A DNA stretch of 64,000 nucleotides from an uncultured bacterium (GTDB lineage: Bacteria; Patescibacteriota; Minisyncoccia; CAIUEV01): the NCBI GenBank assembly GCA_937952315.1, contig CALFZX010000010.1:5047-69046 (forward strand), given 5' to 3'. The translations under genes were made by a program, and so were the position numbers. Positions 1 to 11,967 of this stretch are shown piece after piece. The stretch's first letter is position 1; the number at the start of each line of letters is the position of its first letter. The notes beneath the pieces are model-generated. The model was not told where the DNA came from. It did not search any database and worked only from the letters and a program-made list of their open reading frames with translations.

Positions 1-2
1 AT

Positions 3-1388
<1,386 letters not shown>

Positions 1389-1393
1389 AAAAC

Positions 1394-1660
1394 ATGAAAT
1401 CATCCCTGAAAGTTATCGTTAGAAAAAAAGATAAATTACTTTTTTCCGATATTGCAGAAAGCGTCAGCTCAATCAACGATGTCGGTCCGTTTGATGTTTT
1501 ACCCTATCACAAAAATTTTGTTTGCATAATTAAAAGCAATGTCGAGATTAAACAATCTGGGGGAGGGATTTTTTCTATACCTGTCAACAGAGGAATTTTC
1601 CAAGCAAGAAATAATTGCGTTGAGATCTATTTATTTCAATCAGATAAAATTAGTGATTAA
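1394..1660 (+). CDS. atpC: F1 ATPase epsilon subunit, N-terminal beta-sandwich only
   Basis: Directly after atpD; GPFDVLPYH matches the epsilon G-x-x-x-(I/V)-L-P-x-H motif; 88 aa with no C-terminal helices. Confidence 0.85.
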   Translation: MKSSLKVIVRKKDKLLFSDIAESVSSINDVGPFDVLPYHKNFVCIIKSNVEIKQSGGGIFSIPVNRGIFQARNNCVEIYLFQSDKISD

Positions 1661-1666
1661 GCCCTC

Positions 1667-3850
1667 TTATGCCCCGATCTGAAATTGACTGAACTTAACT
1701 CCTCGGAATAACTCATAATTATCGACCGGGTTGCCTTTTTCGTCTCTTATTTTTATTTCCAAACGATGTTCTCCCGGCGTCAACATATTCAGAACCAGAT
1801 TGTAATCTCCCTTGAAATCTTCTAGCTTAATTTTTTTCACAGAGACACCGTCCAACAAAAATTCGATTTCCCTCAGATATTTAATGCCCGCCTTGAAATC
1901 TATTTTTACATTAGTCGGAGAAATCCCCAAATTAACAACTTTCATTACGGCTCCATCTTTGGCAAAACGCGCCCGGCTCTTTCCCGTTCCCTCCTTTTCT
2001 CCCCAGGCATCGGAAGTGCCAGTTTCTAAAGCCAAGAGAACCCCCGAACGATTATTCTTTTCCACTTCGAAAACTGTTAATAAATCATCTTCGTAGGTTT
2101 TTTTTAAGCCCAGACTATTTTCCAGATAATCAATTGTATTTTGCCTTGCTTTATCGGTAAATTTTGCTCCGCCCTCTCGCTTACTCACCGTCACAAAACG
2201 AATATTATAAAAACTCAAGATGGACTGCCCGATCGAATCAAAATCGGTGATAATAATGTCACCATTAGGATTTTCCGGATTTTTTTCACCGCCGTCAGGG
2301 AAACTGTAAAGGATTTTTGAAATCACCGGCGTATTTTTTTGAAAAGTCCAACGGTCTTTTTCAGCCCGCGCAAAATCGATACCGTCAATCTTGTCTTTTA
2401 AATGTTTCTGAGCGGTATACATAGTGTAAGAACCGAAACTGTAGCTGGTCGAACCGGGCACTTCCAGCAAAAAGTAGTGCTCCTTATCTTGCCTTAGTTT
2501 GTCGTAGAATGAAGAATATTGCAAGTTCATTCGCGAAATCGGAAAAGAAAGATACTCCAAAAACAACGCCCCAAAGAAAATTCCAAAAACAATCAATTTA
2601 ATTTTTCTTTTTGGCTCAAAGTCAATTTTATTCAGTTTAATCGCTAAATATTTAGCGGAAAGCCCGACCAAAATCGACCAGGCAAAAAGAGCTATCATAA
2701 AAATTCGGCTGGTGGTACGAATATAATTCCAAAAAGGCAAATAATTATAAAGCCAAATATGAGGCATCCGCTCTTTGAAAAATTCCTGCCCGGCAACATG
2801 CAAGGTTGGTCCAAGGCTCAAAACAGTGAAAAGAATAAAAATTCCACCCCAAAAAATCAACCATTTTTTATCTACCGGCAACCGATTTTTTCTTTTTATT
2901 AGCGCCAGGGACAGCAAGCCCGCAAAAAGGAGAATGATAGCGGAAAAGCCCAAATAGAATGTTTGCCGACCCTCTTCGTTGGAAGCGGTATTCTCCCGAA
3001 AAACATTGAAATATTCACCCCAAAAAGGGTGAAATTCCGCCGGTAAAATAAAGTCGATTAAGTCAGCCGAGTAATTTTCCACTTGGCTAAAAGGAGGAAT
3101 CAAAAAATTATTTTCCGAATGAGCAATCTCCCAAATTTTATTGAATTGAATGGCACCAACCAAAAAAAGCAGTGCTAGACCGGTTAAAAGGATGGACCAG
3201 AAGCGCCAACTTTTTAGACAATCAGATCGCAGATAGACTACAAATGGGAAGTAAAAAACCAGAAAAAGCATAGAAAAAGCCAACAGCTGATGTTCCGTAG
3301 CAATGATTAAAATAGCAAAAACTGCCGTCCCCAAAGCCGATAACCAAGATTTTTCCTTAACAAATTTATAAAGAAACCAAGCTAGCCAAGGCAACCATTG
3401 ATAGTTCATAGCCCCAATATTAGTCGCCACTCCGTGAGCAAAATGGAAGGGAGCAAAAGCAAAGATCACCCCGGCCGTGTAAGCCGACAGCTTGGAGCGA
3501 GTAATTTCTCTTGTAAAAAGCCAGGTACCTAAAAAAGTTAAGAAAAATGAAGCCAACCAACAAAAATTATAGCCCCCCTTTTCTCCGAGAAAATATTGAA
3601 AATAACCGATAAAAGGAAGAATCCCCCAAAAATCACTGTTTCTCTGCCATTTCAAAGTAGCCAGCCAACCTTCAGTTTCTATTTTTTGAGCCGTCATCAG
3701 GGTTCGAGCCAACACTTGATAAGTATCCGGGCCCCGACCGGGCACCTCGGAAAAAAAATACGGAAAAACCGGCCATGTCAAAATAATAGTTAAAAACAGA
3801 CCCCAAAGAATCGCTTTTTTCAGTTCCCGTTTTTTTTCTTGTTTCTTCAT
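1667..3850 (-). CDS. Polytopic membrane GT-C fold glycosyltransferase (YfhO-like) with C-terminal extracellular domain
   Basis: More than 10 hydrophobic segments, acidic first loop (GPDTYQ), FAFAPFHF, YSADLIDF, FYLG and SLGP motifs. Confidence 0.65.
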   Translation of the reverse strand: MKKQEKKRELKKAILWGLFLTIILTWPVFPYFFSEVPGRGPDTYQVLARTLMTAQKIETEGWLATLKWQRNSDFWGILPFIGYFQYFLGEKGGYNFCWLASFFLTFLGTWLFTREITRSKLSAYTAGVIFAFAPFHFAHGVATNIGAMNYQWLPWLAWFLYKFVKEKSWLSALGTAVFAILIIATEHQLLAFSMLFLVFYFPFVVYLRSDCLKSWRFWSILLTGLALLFLVGAIQFNKIWEIAHSENNFLIPPFSQVENYSADLIDFILPAEFHPFWGEYFNVFRENTASNEEGRQTFYLGFSAIILLFAGLLSLALIKRKNRLPVDKKWLIFWGGIFILFTVLSLGPTLHVAGQEFFKERMPHIWLYNYLPFWNYIRTTSRIFMIALFAWSILVGLSAKYLAIKLNKIDFEPKRKIKLIVFGIFFGALFLEYLSFPISRMNLQYSSFYDKLRQDKEHYFLLEVPGSTSYSFGSYTMYTAQKHLKDKIDGIDFARAEKDRWTFQKNTPVISKILYSFPDGGEKNPENPNGDIIITDFDSIGQSILSFYNIRFVTVSKREGGAKFTDKARQNTIDYLENSLGLKKTYEDDLLTVFEVEKNNRSGVLLALETGTSDAWGEKEGTGKSRARFAKDGAVMKVVNLGISPTNVKIDFKAGIKYLREIEFLLDGVSVKKIKLEDFKGDYNLVLNMLTPGEHRLEIKIRDEKGNPVDNYELFRGVKFSQFQIGA

Positions 3851-3859
3851 TTTTTGAGC

Positions 3860-4798
3860 TTATTCTAGGCCCTTCTCAATCATGGGCGCAATCTGTTTTT
3901 TACGAGAAACTACTCCTCGTAAAATTAAATTATTCTCCGAGATCACAATGTCGGAAAAAACTTTCATTATCAAGGCTTTCTCCCTTTCTCCAATCAGAAG
4001 CATTTCCGTTCGATTTTTTAAAATATCCACAATTCCCAGATAGATCAAATCTAAATTTTCTTCTTTCTTGATTTCCGCCAGCGCTTTTTTCAATTCCGGT
4101 TCCAAAAATTTAATTTTTTCCGGTTTAACCGTCTCCACCACCCCGATTCCCACTTTAGTTCCTCCAAAATCAAAATTTTTATAATCCAGTTTAACAATTT
4201 CTCGGGGAGAAAAATCGCTTAAATCAGATTTGGCCTCAAAAAGATTATCGGCTAACTTTGTCGTGTCAACTCCTGTCACTGCGGAGAGTCTCCTCAACCA
4301 AAGACTGTCTTCCTCTGTGGCGGTCGGAGAAGTTAAGTTAAGCGTGTCGGAAATAATCCCCGCCAGCATTAATTTAGCCACCCATTTTTCAATCTCGATT
4401 TCTTTTTCAAAATAAAGCTTAGCCACCAAAGTGGATGTCGATCCGATTGGCTCAATCCGAAAGAGGATCGGCTCTTCTGTTTTAAAATCTCCGCTTAGTT
4501 TATGGTGATCGATAAGCCCGATTAGCTTGTAATTTTCTCCTTTTATGGGGCTTTGAGCCTTTTCGTTAAAATCAACAAAAAAGACTTCTTCGCCTTTTAT
4601 CTCATCGTTTTTGATTGACTTTACTTTTTTAGTGGCTCCGGCGAACTCAAGCGCAAAGGCGGTTTCTTTATTGAGACTGCCTTTTCTCATCGCCACAGCT
4701 TTTTTGCCCTTCGCTTTTAGCAACTCCGCCATAGCAACTGCGGCACAAACGCTGTCTGTGTCGGAATTGTCATGACCGATTACGATAGTTTTCTTCAT
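3860..4798 (-). CDS. ppaC: Manganese-dependent inorganic pyrophosphatase (DHH family)
   Basis: GHDNSDTDS, VDFN, IDHH, IGSTST, IISDT and C-terminal GVVSRKKQ motifs. Confidence 0.95.
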   Translation of the reverse strand: MKKTIVIGHDNSDTDSVCAAVAMAELLKAKGKKAVAMRKGSLNKETAFALEFAGATKKVKSIKNDEIKGEEVFFVDFNEKAQSPIKGENYKLIGLIDHHKLSGDFKTEEPILFRIEPIGSTSTLVAKLYFEKEIEIEKWVAKLMLAGIISDTLNLTSPTATEEDSLWLRRLSAVTGVDTTKLADNLFEAKSDLSDFSPREIVKLDYKNFDFGGTKVGIGVVETVKPEKIKFLEPELKKALAEIKKEENLDLIYLGIVDILKNRTEMLLIGEREKALIMKVFSDIVISENNLILRGVVSRKKQIAPMIEKGLE

Positions 4799-4830
4799 GG
4801 CAAAAATTTTAAAAATTAGAAGTTTTAGAA

Positions 4831-5451
4831 TTATTTTTCCTCCTCGCCCGAAAGCACTAAAATTACATCTTTAATCCTTTCCGGGTGGGGGATACTTTTA
4901 AAAAGAAATCTCTCTCTTTTGCCGGCCGTCTGGACATAAAGATCTCCGAAATCAAACAAAGTCGAAATTATCCCACCTATCTCCGTGGTTAGGTCCTGGA
5001 CTTTCTCTAATCTTAGCTCGGAAATTTCTCTCTTGAAAAGTCCTTTTTGCTCAATATTGATTATCCTTTCGTTCGTTATCACCCAAACATCCAGATAGTA
5101 ATCGATAAAAATAAAAAATAAAAATGCCCAAAGAAAAAGACTGATAATTGAGGCTCCGAAACTCAACATAATTTCTCCACCGCCCAACGAACCAAAGTTG
5201 ATCAGTGAAAGATAGACTATTGTCACTAAAATCAAAAATATTGCCAACGGCCAAATTTGAAGAAACAAGTTTATCCAATGTCTTCTGAGAAAAATTACCA
5301 ATTTTTCTTCGCCCGCTCCTTCCGTCAAAAGTTTTGCCACAAAAACTCGAATCTCCGAAATTTTTCTCTTTCGACTAAGCAAAATTTTGCTTTTTGCAAT
5401 TTCTTTTTCCGTAATAATTTTTTCCAGATCTCTCAGCTTTTCTTGGCTCAT
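4831..5451 (-). CDS. Membrane protein with bacterial PH (bPH_2) domain
   Basis: Two TM helices, then WVITNERII...QKGLF...VQD...FDFGDLYVQTAG, a pattern common in CPR PH-domain proteins. Confidence 0.75.
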   Translation of the reverse strand: MSQEKLRDLEKIITEKEIAKSKILLSRKRKISEIRVFVAKLLTEGAGEEKLVIFLRRHWINLFLQIWPLAIFLILVTIVYLSLINFGSLGGGEIMLSFGASIISLFLWAFLFFIFIDYYLDVWVITNERIINIEQKGLFKREISELRLEKVQDLTTEIGGIISTLFDFGDLYVQTAGKRERFLFKSIPHPERIKDVILVLSGEEEK

Positions 5452-5459
5452 CGATTTTA

Positions 5460-6923
5460 CTAATTAAGTTCCTTAATTTTGACTTCAAATTGGTCGGCGT
5501 ATTTCAAAACTCGATCACCATACCAGCCAAATCGTTCCCAGTTTCCTCCGGCCAAATAGATAGAAGCGGCTTTATGCTCAGCCTTTTTTTCGTGATTGGT
5601 TACACCCGGCACCTTAGCTAACTTCAAGCCCATCGCCGTCAAAGCGTCTCTCAAATTCCAGGGGTCTGCCGGATTATGCCCATTGATTCTGGCAATTTCG
5701 TCTTTATATCCCATCCAGGTGCTTGGCATAAATTGAGCCGGCCCCATCGCCCCGCCCCAACCGCTACAATTTCCGGAAGAGTCACGATAACAAGGCTTGC
5801 GCGAGACCGGTCGATCGTCGGGATCATAGCCAAGCGATGCGCAAATTGACTTAAAACGGTCCCACTGAGCCGGATTCATATCCGTTTTGTAACGACCGCC
5901 ACCTACATTATTTCCCATATTTGATTCCACTCTTAGCACCCCAAGCAAAAAGGCCGTTCTCACTCCGGTTAAACGAGCCACATCTTGTGCATCACTTAAG
6001 GCTTGGCCGAAATCTATTTTTTCACCCAAGCTTTGCATCGAGGTCAACTCTGCCGAAAGGCGATTAGCCACTTCTTGTTGTTTATTGATAGCGTTATCCA
6101 GCTTGTACTGCTCAGTTTGGGTTTCCGCCAAAAGGCTTCCTCGATCTCTCCGATTTTTTTCCAGAGTTATTCGTTGATCTTCCTGCATCGCATAGAGCGA
6201 AGCCTGTTCATTTTGCTGATCTTCAAGATTTTCTTTTTCTTTAATTAACTCGGTTTTTTTATCTTTTAAACCGTCCAGCATCTCTTTAATCCGACTTTCA
6301 AAGGCAACGATGCTTTCGATTTCTCTAAAATATTCCGACAATTGCGGTTTTTCCAAAATAACTTCCAAAAACGACTTTTTATCCATCAAATTAAGCTTTC
6401 TGACATATTCCATTAAGATTTTTTTTCGCTCCACGATCTCAAACTCCTTAATGGAAACTTCCTGTTTTTTCTGATTGACCGAAGCGGTAATTTCGTTCAA
6501 CAAAATACTGGTTTTTTCCAGTGAGGCTTCCGCTTCCGATATTTCATCGTCTAAAGCTTTGAGAATTTGCTCAATTGTATCCGTTTTTTTCTCCAGCAAA
6601 TCAGATTTTTCTTCAAAACGATCGATTTGCCTTCGAACCGAATTTAGCTGTTCCTTTTTTTTGGCAATTTCTTCCTGTTTTTTAGCCAAATCGGCCGGTG
6701 GCGGAGCCGCCGGAGCGCTCGGACCGGCGTTTGAATTTGGAGAAGCTGTGTTTGTGTTGTTGTTATTATTATCGTCAGCTGGGGTTGTGCCAATATTATT
6801 ATTTTGATTGGCGCTAAAAACGAAATTGAAAGAAACAAAAAAACCGAGCAAAACCGCTCCGGTTAGCCAATTTAAGCCTTTTAGGCTGTCTTGGTTTTTA
6901 AAAATTTTCGGCAGATGATTCAT
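5460..6923 (-). CDS. Secreted coiled-coil lytic murein transglycosylase (SLT/MltB-like C-terminus)
   Basis: Signal/TM segment, low-complexity linker, long coiled coil, then VES (catalytic Glu) and GAMGPAQFMPSTW motifs. Confidence 0.85.
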   Translation of the reverse strand: MNHLPKIFKNQDSLKGLNWLTGAVLLGFFVSFNFVFSANQNNNIGTTPADDNNNNNTNTASPNSNAGPSAPAAPPPADLAKKQEEIAKKKEQLNSVRRQIDRFEEKSDLLEKKTDTIEQILKALDDEISEAEASLEKTSILLNEITASVNQKKQEVSIKEFEIVERKKILMEYVRKLNLMDKKSFLEVILEKPQLSEYFREIESIVAFESRIKEMLDGLKDKKTELIKEKENLEDQQNEQASLYAMQEDQRITLEKNRRDRGSLLAETQTEQYKLDNAINKQQEVANRLSAELTSMQSLGEKIDFGQALSDAQDVARLTGVRTAFLLGVLRVESNMGNNVGGGRYKTDMNPAQWDRFKSICASLGYDPDDRPVSRKPCYRDSSGNCSGWGGAMGPAQFMPSTWMGYKDEIARINGHNPADPWNLRDALTAMGLKLAKVPGVTNHEKKAEHKAASIYLAGGNWERFGWYGDRVLKYADQFEVKIKELN

Positions 6924-6933
6924 CTTCGATTTT

Positions 6934-8769
6934 TTATTTTTCCTTCTTTTTAAGATCTTCGAGAATTTTTCTTAAGTCATTTTTCAATTTCTCTCTTGCT
7001 TCATTCGAAACCGCCCCTTTCGGATGGTTATTTTTTTGAACGGAGTTCGTCGATCCATGGATAATAGCCGCTTTGTGACTACGAATTTCTCTTAGACATT
7101 CTTTGCAAAAAACATCTCTGCCCTCTTGAGGAACAAAGGGCACTTTAGTTTTTTGACCGCAACGATCGCAAACCGCTTCATTCCAAACCGCTTTTTTTTC
7201 AACTTCTTGAGCTGACTCCGATGATATTTTCTCTTTTTTCATTTCAACCGTGCTAATATTCTTTTCTTCTTGAGTCGGTATGAATTCGCTTATTTTTTCC
7301 TGCATTTTTTTCTCCACTTCAACTGTTCTCAAATCCGGCCCCCCGATAATTTGAGAAGGCGACATAAATTTTTCCCGATCTGAATTTTCTTTTTTCACTT
7401 CTAACGATTTTTTAGCTAAAGGCTTGGAAACGTTCTCTTTTTTTCTGTCTTCCTTTTTTCTATTCTCCCGATCAGCTACAAATCTTTTTTGAAGCCATTT
7501 TAAAATCTTGGCCTCCACCTCCTCACGCGGTCGTCCATATCTTTCTCGTGAATGTTGAATCGCTTTATCCATGCAAGAAACAGCCGGTAACGGGAAGGGC
7601 GGAAGACCTTTGGCACTGAAAGCGTCACCGGAGACTCCGTCGATCATTAACTTTAAATAAATATTGTATTTCGGTAAGTTAATTATGTCGTTCATTTTAA
7701 CTGTCGGTTCAAATTCTTTTTCTAAAAATTCCGCGTCGGAAGCCCCGACTCGAAAAGATACCAAGGTGCCGACATTCCCAAAAACAGAGTCTCTTACCGG
7801 TTCAGTCAACTGCGCTACATACTGGTGAGCCACAATTAAGCTCAAGCGGTATTTTCTGGCTTCTGACAAAATACTGGCAAAAGATTCGGTGGCGAAATTT
7901 TGAAACTCGTCCACAAAAAGAAAAAAATCTTTTCTTTCTTTTTCCGCCTGATCAACCCTTTCCATCGCGGCTAAATAGAGTCGAGTGACCACCATTCCAC
8001 CGAGCAAAGCCATTGCCTCTTCGCCGATTCGTCCCTTTGAGAGATTCACAATCAAAATCTTTTGCTGATCCATAATTTCTCGCATATTGATTGTTGATTT
8101 TGTTTGACCGACAATGTGTCGAACGATCGGCGTTGACACGAATTGTCCCACCTTATTTTGGATGGCGGCCGTTGCCTCTCGCGCAAACCGTTGATCCCAC
8201 TTGCCAAATTCCTCCAGCCAAAAAGATCGGACGATTGGATCTTTGACTCTCTCTATCACCTGATCTCTAAATTCCTTTTCGGCCATCATTCGGTTAATCC
8301 CAAGCATCGTGCTTCCCGGATAGTCCAGAAGGGCTAAAATTGTATTGTTGAGGATATATTCCATTCGCGGGGACCAGACATCCGGCCAGATTTTCTTAAA
8401 GACTCCCATCATTCCCGAGGCGATCAGGTGCTTATGATCTTCATCGACTGCTTCAAGAATATTAAAGGCTACCGGATTTTCCAAATCGGAAGGATTGAAA
8501 TAGACCAAATCGTTCACTCGACTCTTGGGAATAAATCTCAACACTTCCTCAGCGCTGTCTCCGTGAGGATCGACAAAGGCCACACCGTTCCCCTTAAGAA
8601 TATCCTGAATCACTAGATTTTTGAGCAACACAGACTTTCCCATTCCCGTTTTTCCGATAATATACATATGCCTTCTCCGATCATCCAATTTGATGCCGAA
8701 GGTTTTCTCCTCACCTCTAAAATTAGTCTTTCCAAAAACGGTAATATCTTCCTCCTTAAGAAAAGCCAT
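6934..8769 (-). CDS. VirD4/TraD/HerA-like P-loop ATPase with C-terminal CxxC-x17-CxxC zinc finger
   Basis: RRRHMYIIGKTGMGKS Walker A, VDPHGD, FVDEFQNF Walker B, SEARKY...AHQY; CDRC-17 residues-CKEC. Confidence 0.9.
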   Translation of the reverse strand: MAFLKEEDITVFGKTNFRGEEKTFGIKLDDRRRHMYIIGKTGMGKSVLLKNLVIQDILKGNGVAFVDPHGDSAEEVLRFIPKSRVNDLVYFNPSDLENPVAFNILEAVDEDHKHLIASGMMGVFKKIWPDVWSPRMEYILNNTILALLDYPGSTMLGINRMMAEKEFRDQVIERVKDPIVRSFWLEEFGKWDQRFAREATAAIQNKVGQFVSTPIVRHIVGQTKSTINMREIMDQQKILIVNLSKGRIGEEAMALLGGMVVTRLYLAAMERVDQAEKERKDFFLFVDEFQNFATESFASILSEARKYRLSLIVAHQYVAQLTEPVRDSVFGNVGTLVSFRVGASDAEFLEKEFEPTVKMNDIINLPKYNIYLKLMIDGVSGDAFSAKGLPPFPLPAVSCMDKAIQHSRERYGRPREEVEAKILKWLQKRFVADRENRKKEDRKKENVSKPLAKKSLEVKKENSDREKFMSPSQIIGGPDLRTVEVEKKMQEKISEFIPTQEEKNISTVEMKKEKISSESAQEVEKKAVWNEAVCDRCGQKTKVPFVPQEGRDVFCKECLREIRSHKAAIIHGSTNSVQKNNHPKGAVSNEAREKLKNDLRKILEDLKKKEK

Positions 8770-8812
8770 TTTTTTATTTTAAAAATCTCGACTGAATTCC
8801 TCAGTCAACTTG

Positions 8813-8897
8813 TACCGAAGGTGGGACTCGAACCCACACAAGGGGATACCTTAAGGGATTTTAAGTCCCTCGCGTCTACCAATTCCGCCACTCCGGC
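8813..8897 (-). tRNA. tRNA-Leu(TAA)
   Basis: Reverse complement folds as a cloverleaf: GCCGGAG/CTTCGGT acceptor, AGGGA-CTTAAAA-TCCCT anticodon arm, long variable arm, GTGGG-TTCGAGT-CCCAC; discriminator A; CCA not encoded. Confidence 0.97.
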
Positions 8898-9096
8898 CTG
8901 TTTTGTTAAACCCAACTTAGCGTAAAAATAAAGTTTAGTCCAAAAATCCGAGTTTCGAAAAAAATTTATTAATCGGACCCAAGACTGATTTTGCTTTTGA
9001 CTAAACACTAAATCTGCTCAATATTATTAACAGTTATTGACTTTTTATAAAATCTCTGCGATAAAAAAGTAATTCAAAATCTAATTTCAAATCACC

Positions 9097-10419
9097 ATGG
9101 CTGAAATAAAAGCGCCCAATGTTGAAACTTTCGCCAGAATAAAAGTCGTAGGAGTCGGAGGGAGCGGTGGCAATGTCATTGCTCGAATGAAAGAAGTCGG
9201 TTTACGAGGTGTTGAATTGGTAGCAATAAACACCGATGCTCAAGCCTTGCATCAAAGCGGTGCGGAGGAAAAGATCCACATTGGCAAAAATTTAACCAAA
9301 GGTCTCGGAGCCGGTATGAACCCCGAAGTTGGCCGACAAGCGGCCGAAGAAAATCGAGACGAAATTCAAGATGTTCTCAAGGATGCGGATATGATTTTTA
9401 TTGCCTGCGGGATGGGTGGAGGAACCGGAACGGGCGCCTCACCGGTTGTTGCTGAAGTGGCAAAAGAATCCGGCGCTTTAACTGTAGCTGTTGTCACCAA
9501 ACCTTTCAGCTTTGAAGGAATGCAAAGATCTATGATCGCAGAGGAAGGCTTGGAGCAACTGAAAGATCGTGTTGACGCTCTGGTTGTCATTCCCAACGAT
9601 CGACTACTACAAATAATTGACAAAAAAATCAGCCTGATAAACGCTTTTAAAATCGTTGACGATGTTTTGAGACAGGGCGTGCAAGGTATTTCCGATTTAA
9701 TTACTATTCCGGGAGTCGTCAATGTTGACTTTGCCGATGTTAAAGCTATTATGCAAGATACCGGCCCCGCCTTGATGGGTATCGGTCGCGCTTCCGGCGA
9801 GAATAGGGCAAGCGAAGCGGCCAGACAAGCTATCAATTCGCCGTTGCTTGAAATGTCTATCGAGGGAGCCAAAGGAGTTCTTTTCAATGTCACCGGCGGA
9901 GATGATTTGAGTATGCTGGAAATAAACGAAGCGGCTAACACCATTACCGAGACAATTGATCCGAACGCAAAAGTTATTTTCGGTGCCGTCAGTTCCATCG
10001 CCGACAATGACTTAAAGAAGGGAGAAATTAAAATAACCGTCATCGCCACCGGCTTTGAAGACGCCGAACTTGGCAATCAGAATTTTAATCAAAGAGAATC
10101 GATCGCGGTGCCTCAAGAAGGCCAAAAAGAGGCAGACGAACCGAAGAGAAGTTTTCAAAAAGCCGAGCCGATTGTCGATGAAGGTGTTTCTGACAGTTAC
10201 TACTCAGACAACGCTCTTTTTAGACGAGAGGAAAAGCCTCTAATTAAGTCTGAGAGAAGAGACTATGATTCTTACGATTATGGATATGATGGGCTAGACA
10301 ATCCCAATATTTCTCCCGCTTCCCCCGTTGAGACCAAAGAAGAGGAAAGCGAGCCGGAGGAAGATTTGGATATCCCCGCCTTTATTCGTAGAAAAATGCA
10401 GGATCGGGAGCGAGAATAA
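9097..10419 (+). CDS. ftsZ: Cell division protein FtsZ
   Basis: GMGGGTGTG tubulin signature, NVDFAD T7 loop, C-terminal DIPAFIR. Confidence 0.99.
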   Translation: MAEIKAPNVETFARIKVVGVGGSGGNVIARMKEVGLRGVELVAINTDAQALHQSGAEEKIHIGKNLTKGLGAGMNPEVGRQAAEENRDEIQDVLKDADMIFIACGMGGGTGTGASPVVAEVAKESGALTVAVVTKPFSFEGMQRSMIAEEGLEQLKDRVDALVVIPNDRLLQIIDKKISLINAFKIVDDVLRQGVQGISDLITIPGVVNVDFADVKAIMQDTGPALMGIGRASGENRASEAARQAINSPLLEMSIEGAKGVLFNVTGGDDLSMLEINEAANTITETIDPNAKVIFGAVSSIADNDLKKGEIKITVIATGFEDAELGNQNFNQRESIAVPQEGQKEADEPKRSFQKAEPIVDEGVSDSYYSDNALFRREEKPLIKSERRDYDSYDYGYDGLDNPNISPASPVETKEEESEPEEDLDIPAFIRRKMQDRERE

Positions 10420-10464
10420 TTATCTTGTCTCTTGAGTTTTAATTTTATTTATTTATTAAAAATT

Positions 10465-10785
10465 ATGTGGGCAATTATTGAGACCGGAGGCAAACAGTAT
10501 CGTGTCGAACCGGAGGAAAAAATAGAAGTAGAAAAAATCAAAGCGGAAAAAGATTCAGTCATTAAACTGGATAAAGTTCTTTTTATTAGCAAAGATGACG
10601 AAGGCAAAGACATTATAATCGGCCAACCTTATATCGAGAAGGCGGAAGTTGAGGCTTTGGTCTTGGACGAAATCAAAGGCGACAAAGTCACTATTTTCAA
10701 ATACAAACCAAAAAAACGCTATCGAGTAAAAAAAGGCCACCGACAAACTTACACTCGACTGCAAATCAAAAAAATTATTGGCTAG
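10465..10785 (+). CDS. rplU: 50S ribosomal protein L21
   Basis: MWAIIETGGKQYRV...KKGHRQTYT; start moved to the ATG at 10465. Confidence 0.97.
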   Translation: MWAIIETGGKQYRVEPEEKIEVEKIKAEKDSVIKLDKVLFISKDDEGKDIIIGQPYIEKAEVEALVLDEIKGDKVTIFKYKPKKRYRVKKGHRQTYTRLQIKKIIG

Positions 10786-10825
10786 TTTTACTGTTCTTTT
10801 TAAATAAATTTAAAATAAAAATACA

Positions 10826-11965
10826 ATGAGAGTTTTGCTTACCGGCGGAGGAACCGGCGGACATCTTTCTCCTCTTTTAGCCATAGCTAAAGCCCTCCAG
10901 AAGGAGGCCGATCTGAAAAAAGAACCCTTAAAAATACTCTACTTAGGCCCCTGCAACAATCTCTCCGATCTTATCTTAAAATCGGCCGGTATTGAGACTC
11001 GCAATGTTATGGCCGGAAAGTGGCGTCGCTATTTTTCTTTTATGAATTTCGTTGATATTTTTAGAGGGTTTTTTGGACTTTTACAGGCCCTGGTTAAGGT
11101 TTTGATTTTTATGCCCGATGTCGTTTTCTCAAAAGGAGGCTACGGCAGTGTTCCCGTCGTTCTCGCCGCTCGTCTTTTTTTGATTCCTATTATAATTCAT
11201 GAGTCGGACGCCGTTCCGGGCAAAGCTAATCGCATTATGCAACACTTTGCCGATGTGATAGCCGTTTCTTATGAAATGACTAAAGGATTTTCCGATCCGA
11301 CCAAAACTTATTTCACCGGCAGTCCGGTGCGAGAAAATTTATTGGGAGGAGATCCCGCTCGGGCAAAAAGCATGCTTGGCATAAGAACGGAGAAGCCGAT
11401 TTTGTTGATTCTGGGAGGTAGCCAAGGAGCGAAAAAAATCAACGAAGTCATCGGTCAAATCTTAAATCGACTTGTTGAAACTTACGAAATAATCCATCAA
11501 TGCGGCGAGAAAAATTTCGATGAGACCAAAGACTTGGCCGGAAAAGCGGGCATAAAAATCAATAGAGAAAATTATCATCTCTACCCCTTTATGCGCGACG
11601 AAAAGGAAGAATTAAAAAACGCCCTCGCCTGTGCCGACTTAGTATTAAGCCGAGCCGGCGCCAGCTCTATCGCTGAAATCGCCGCTTACGGCAAACCCAG
11701 TATTTTGGTTCCTTTGCACGGATCGGCCAACGATCATCAAATTCACAACGCCTTTGAAGTGGCTAAAGCGGGAGCCGCCATTGCTCTGCGGGAGGAGAAT
11801 CTTACTCCCGAGCTACTTCTCGGGAAAATTGATATTTTAATGAATGATTTACCTCTCCGTCAGATGATGGGAGAAAAAGCTAAACTTTTTTATCATCATG
11901 AGTCAGCTACTACTATCGCCGATATCGTTCTAAAGCTAGGCAATAAAGAGAAATTAAAAGACTAA
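10826..11965 (+). CDS. murG: Lipid II GlcNAc transferase MurG
   Basis: GGGTGGH, SKGGYGS, HESD, GGSQGA and SRAGA motifs. Confidence 0.97.
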   Translation: MRVLLTGGGTGGHLSPLLAIAKALQKEADLKKEPLKILYLGPCNNLSDLILKSAGIETRNVMAGKWRRYFSFMNFVDIFRGFFGLLQALVKVLIFMPDVVFSKGGYGSVPVVLAARLFLIPIIIHESDAVPGKANRIMQHFADVIAVSYEMTKGFSDPTKTYFTGSPVRENLLGGDPARAKSMLGIRTEKPILLILGGSQGAKKINEVIGQILNRLVETYEIIHQCGEKNFDETKDLAGKAGIKINRENYHLYPFMRDEKEELKNALACADLVLSRAGASSIAEIAAYGKPSILVPLHGSANDHQIHNAFEVAKAGAAIALREENLTPELLLGKIDILMNDLPLRQMMGEKAKLFYHHESATTIADIVLKLGNKEKLKD

Positions 11966-11967
11966 AA

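Noticed and set aside
6745-6805. AAC/AAT-rich simple repeat
   Set aside because: It encodes an Asn-rich linker in the transglycosylase with mixed codons and is not a phase-variation tract.
8668-9008. ORFs 8668-8925(+) and 8805-9008(-)
   Set aside because: Both overlap tRNA-Leu and are chance reading frames.
9366-10076. 236-aa antisense ORF in ftsZ, and the many other 60-160 aa shadow ORFs inside long genes
   Set aside because: They are antisense or alternate-frame shadows of well-supported genes and have no recognisable motifs.
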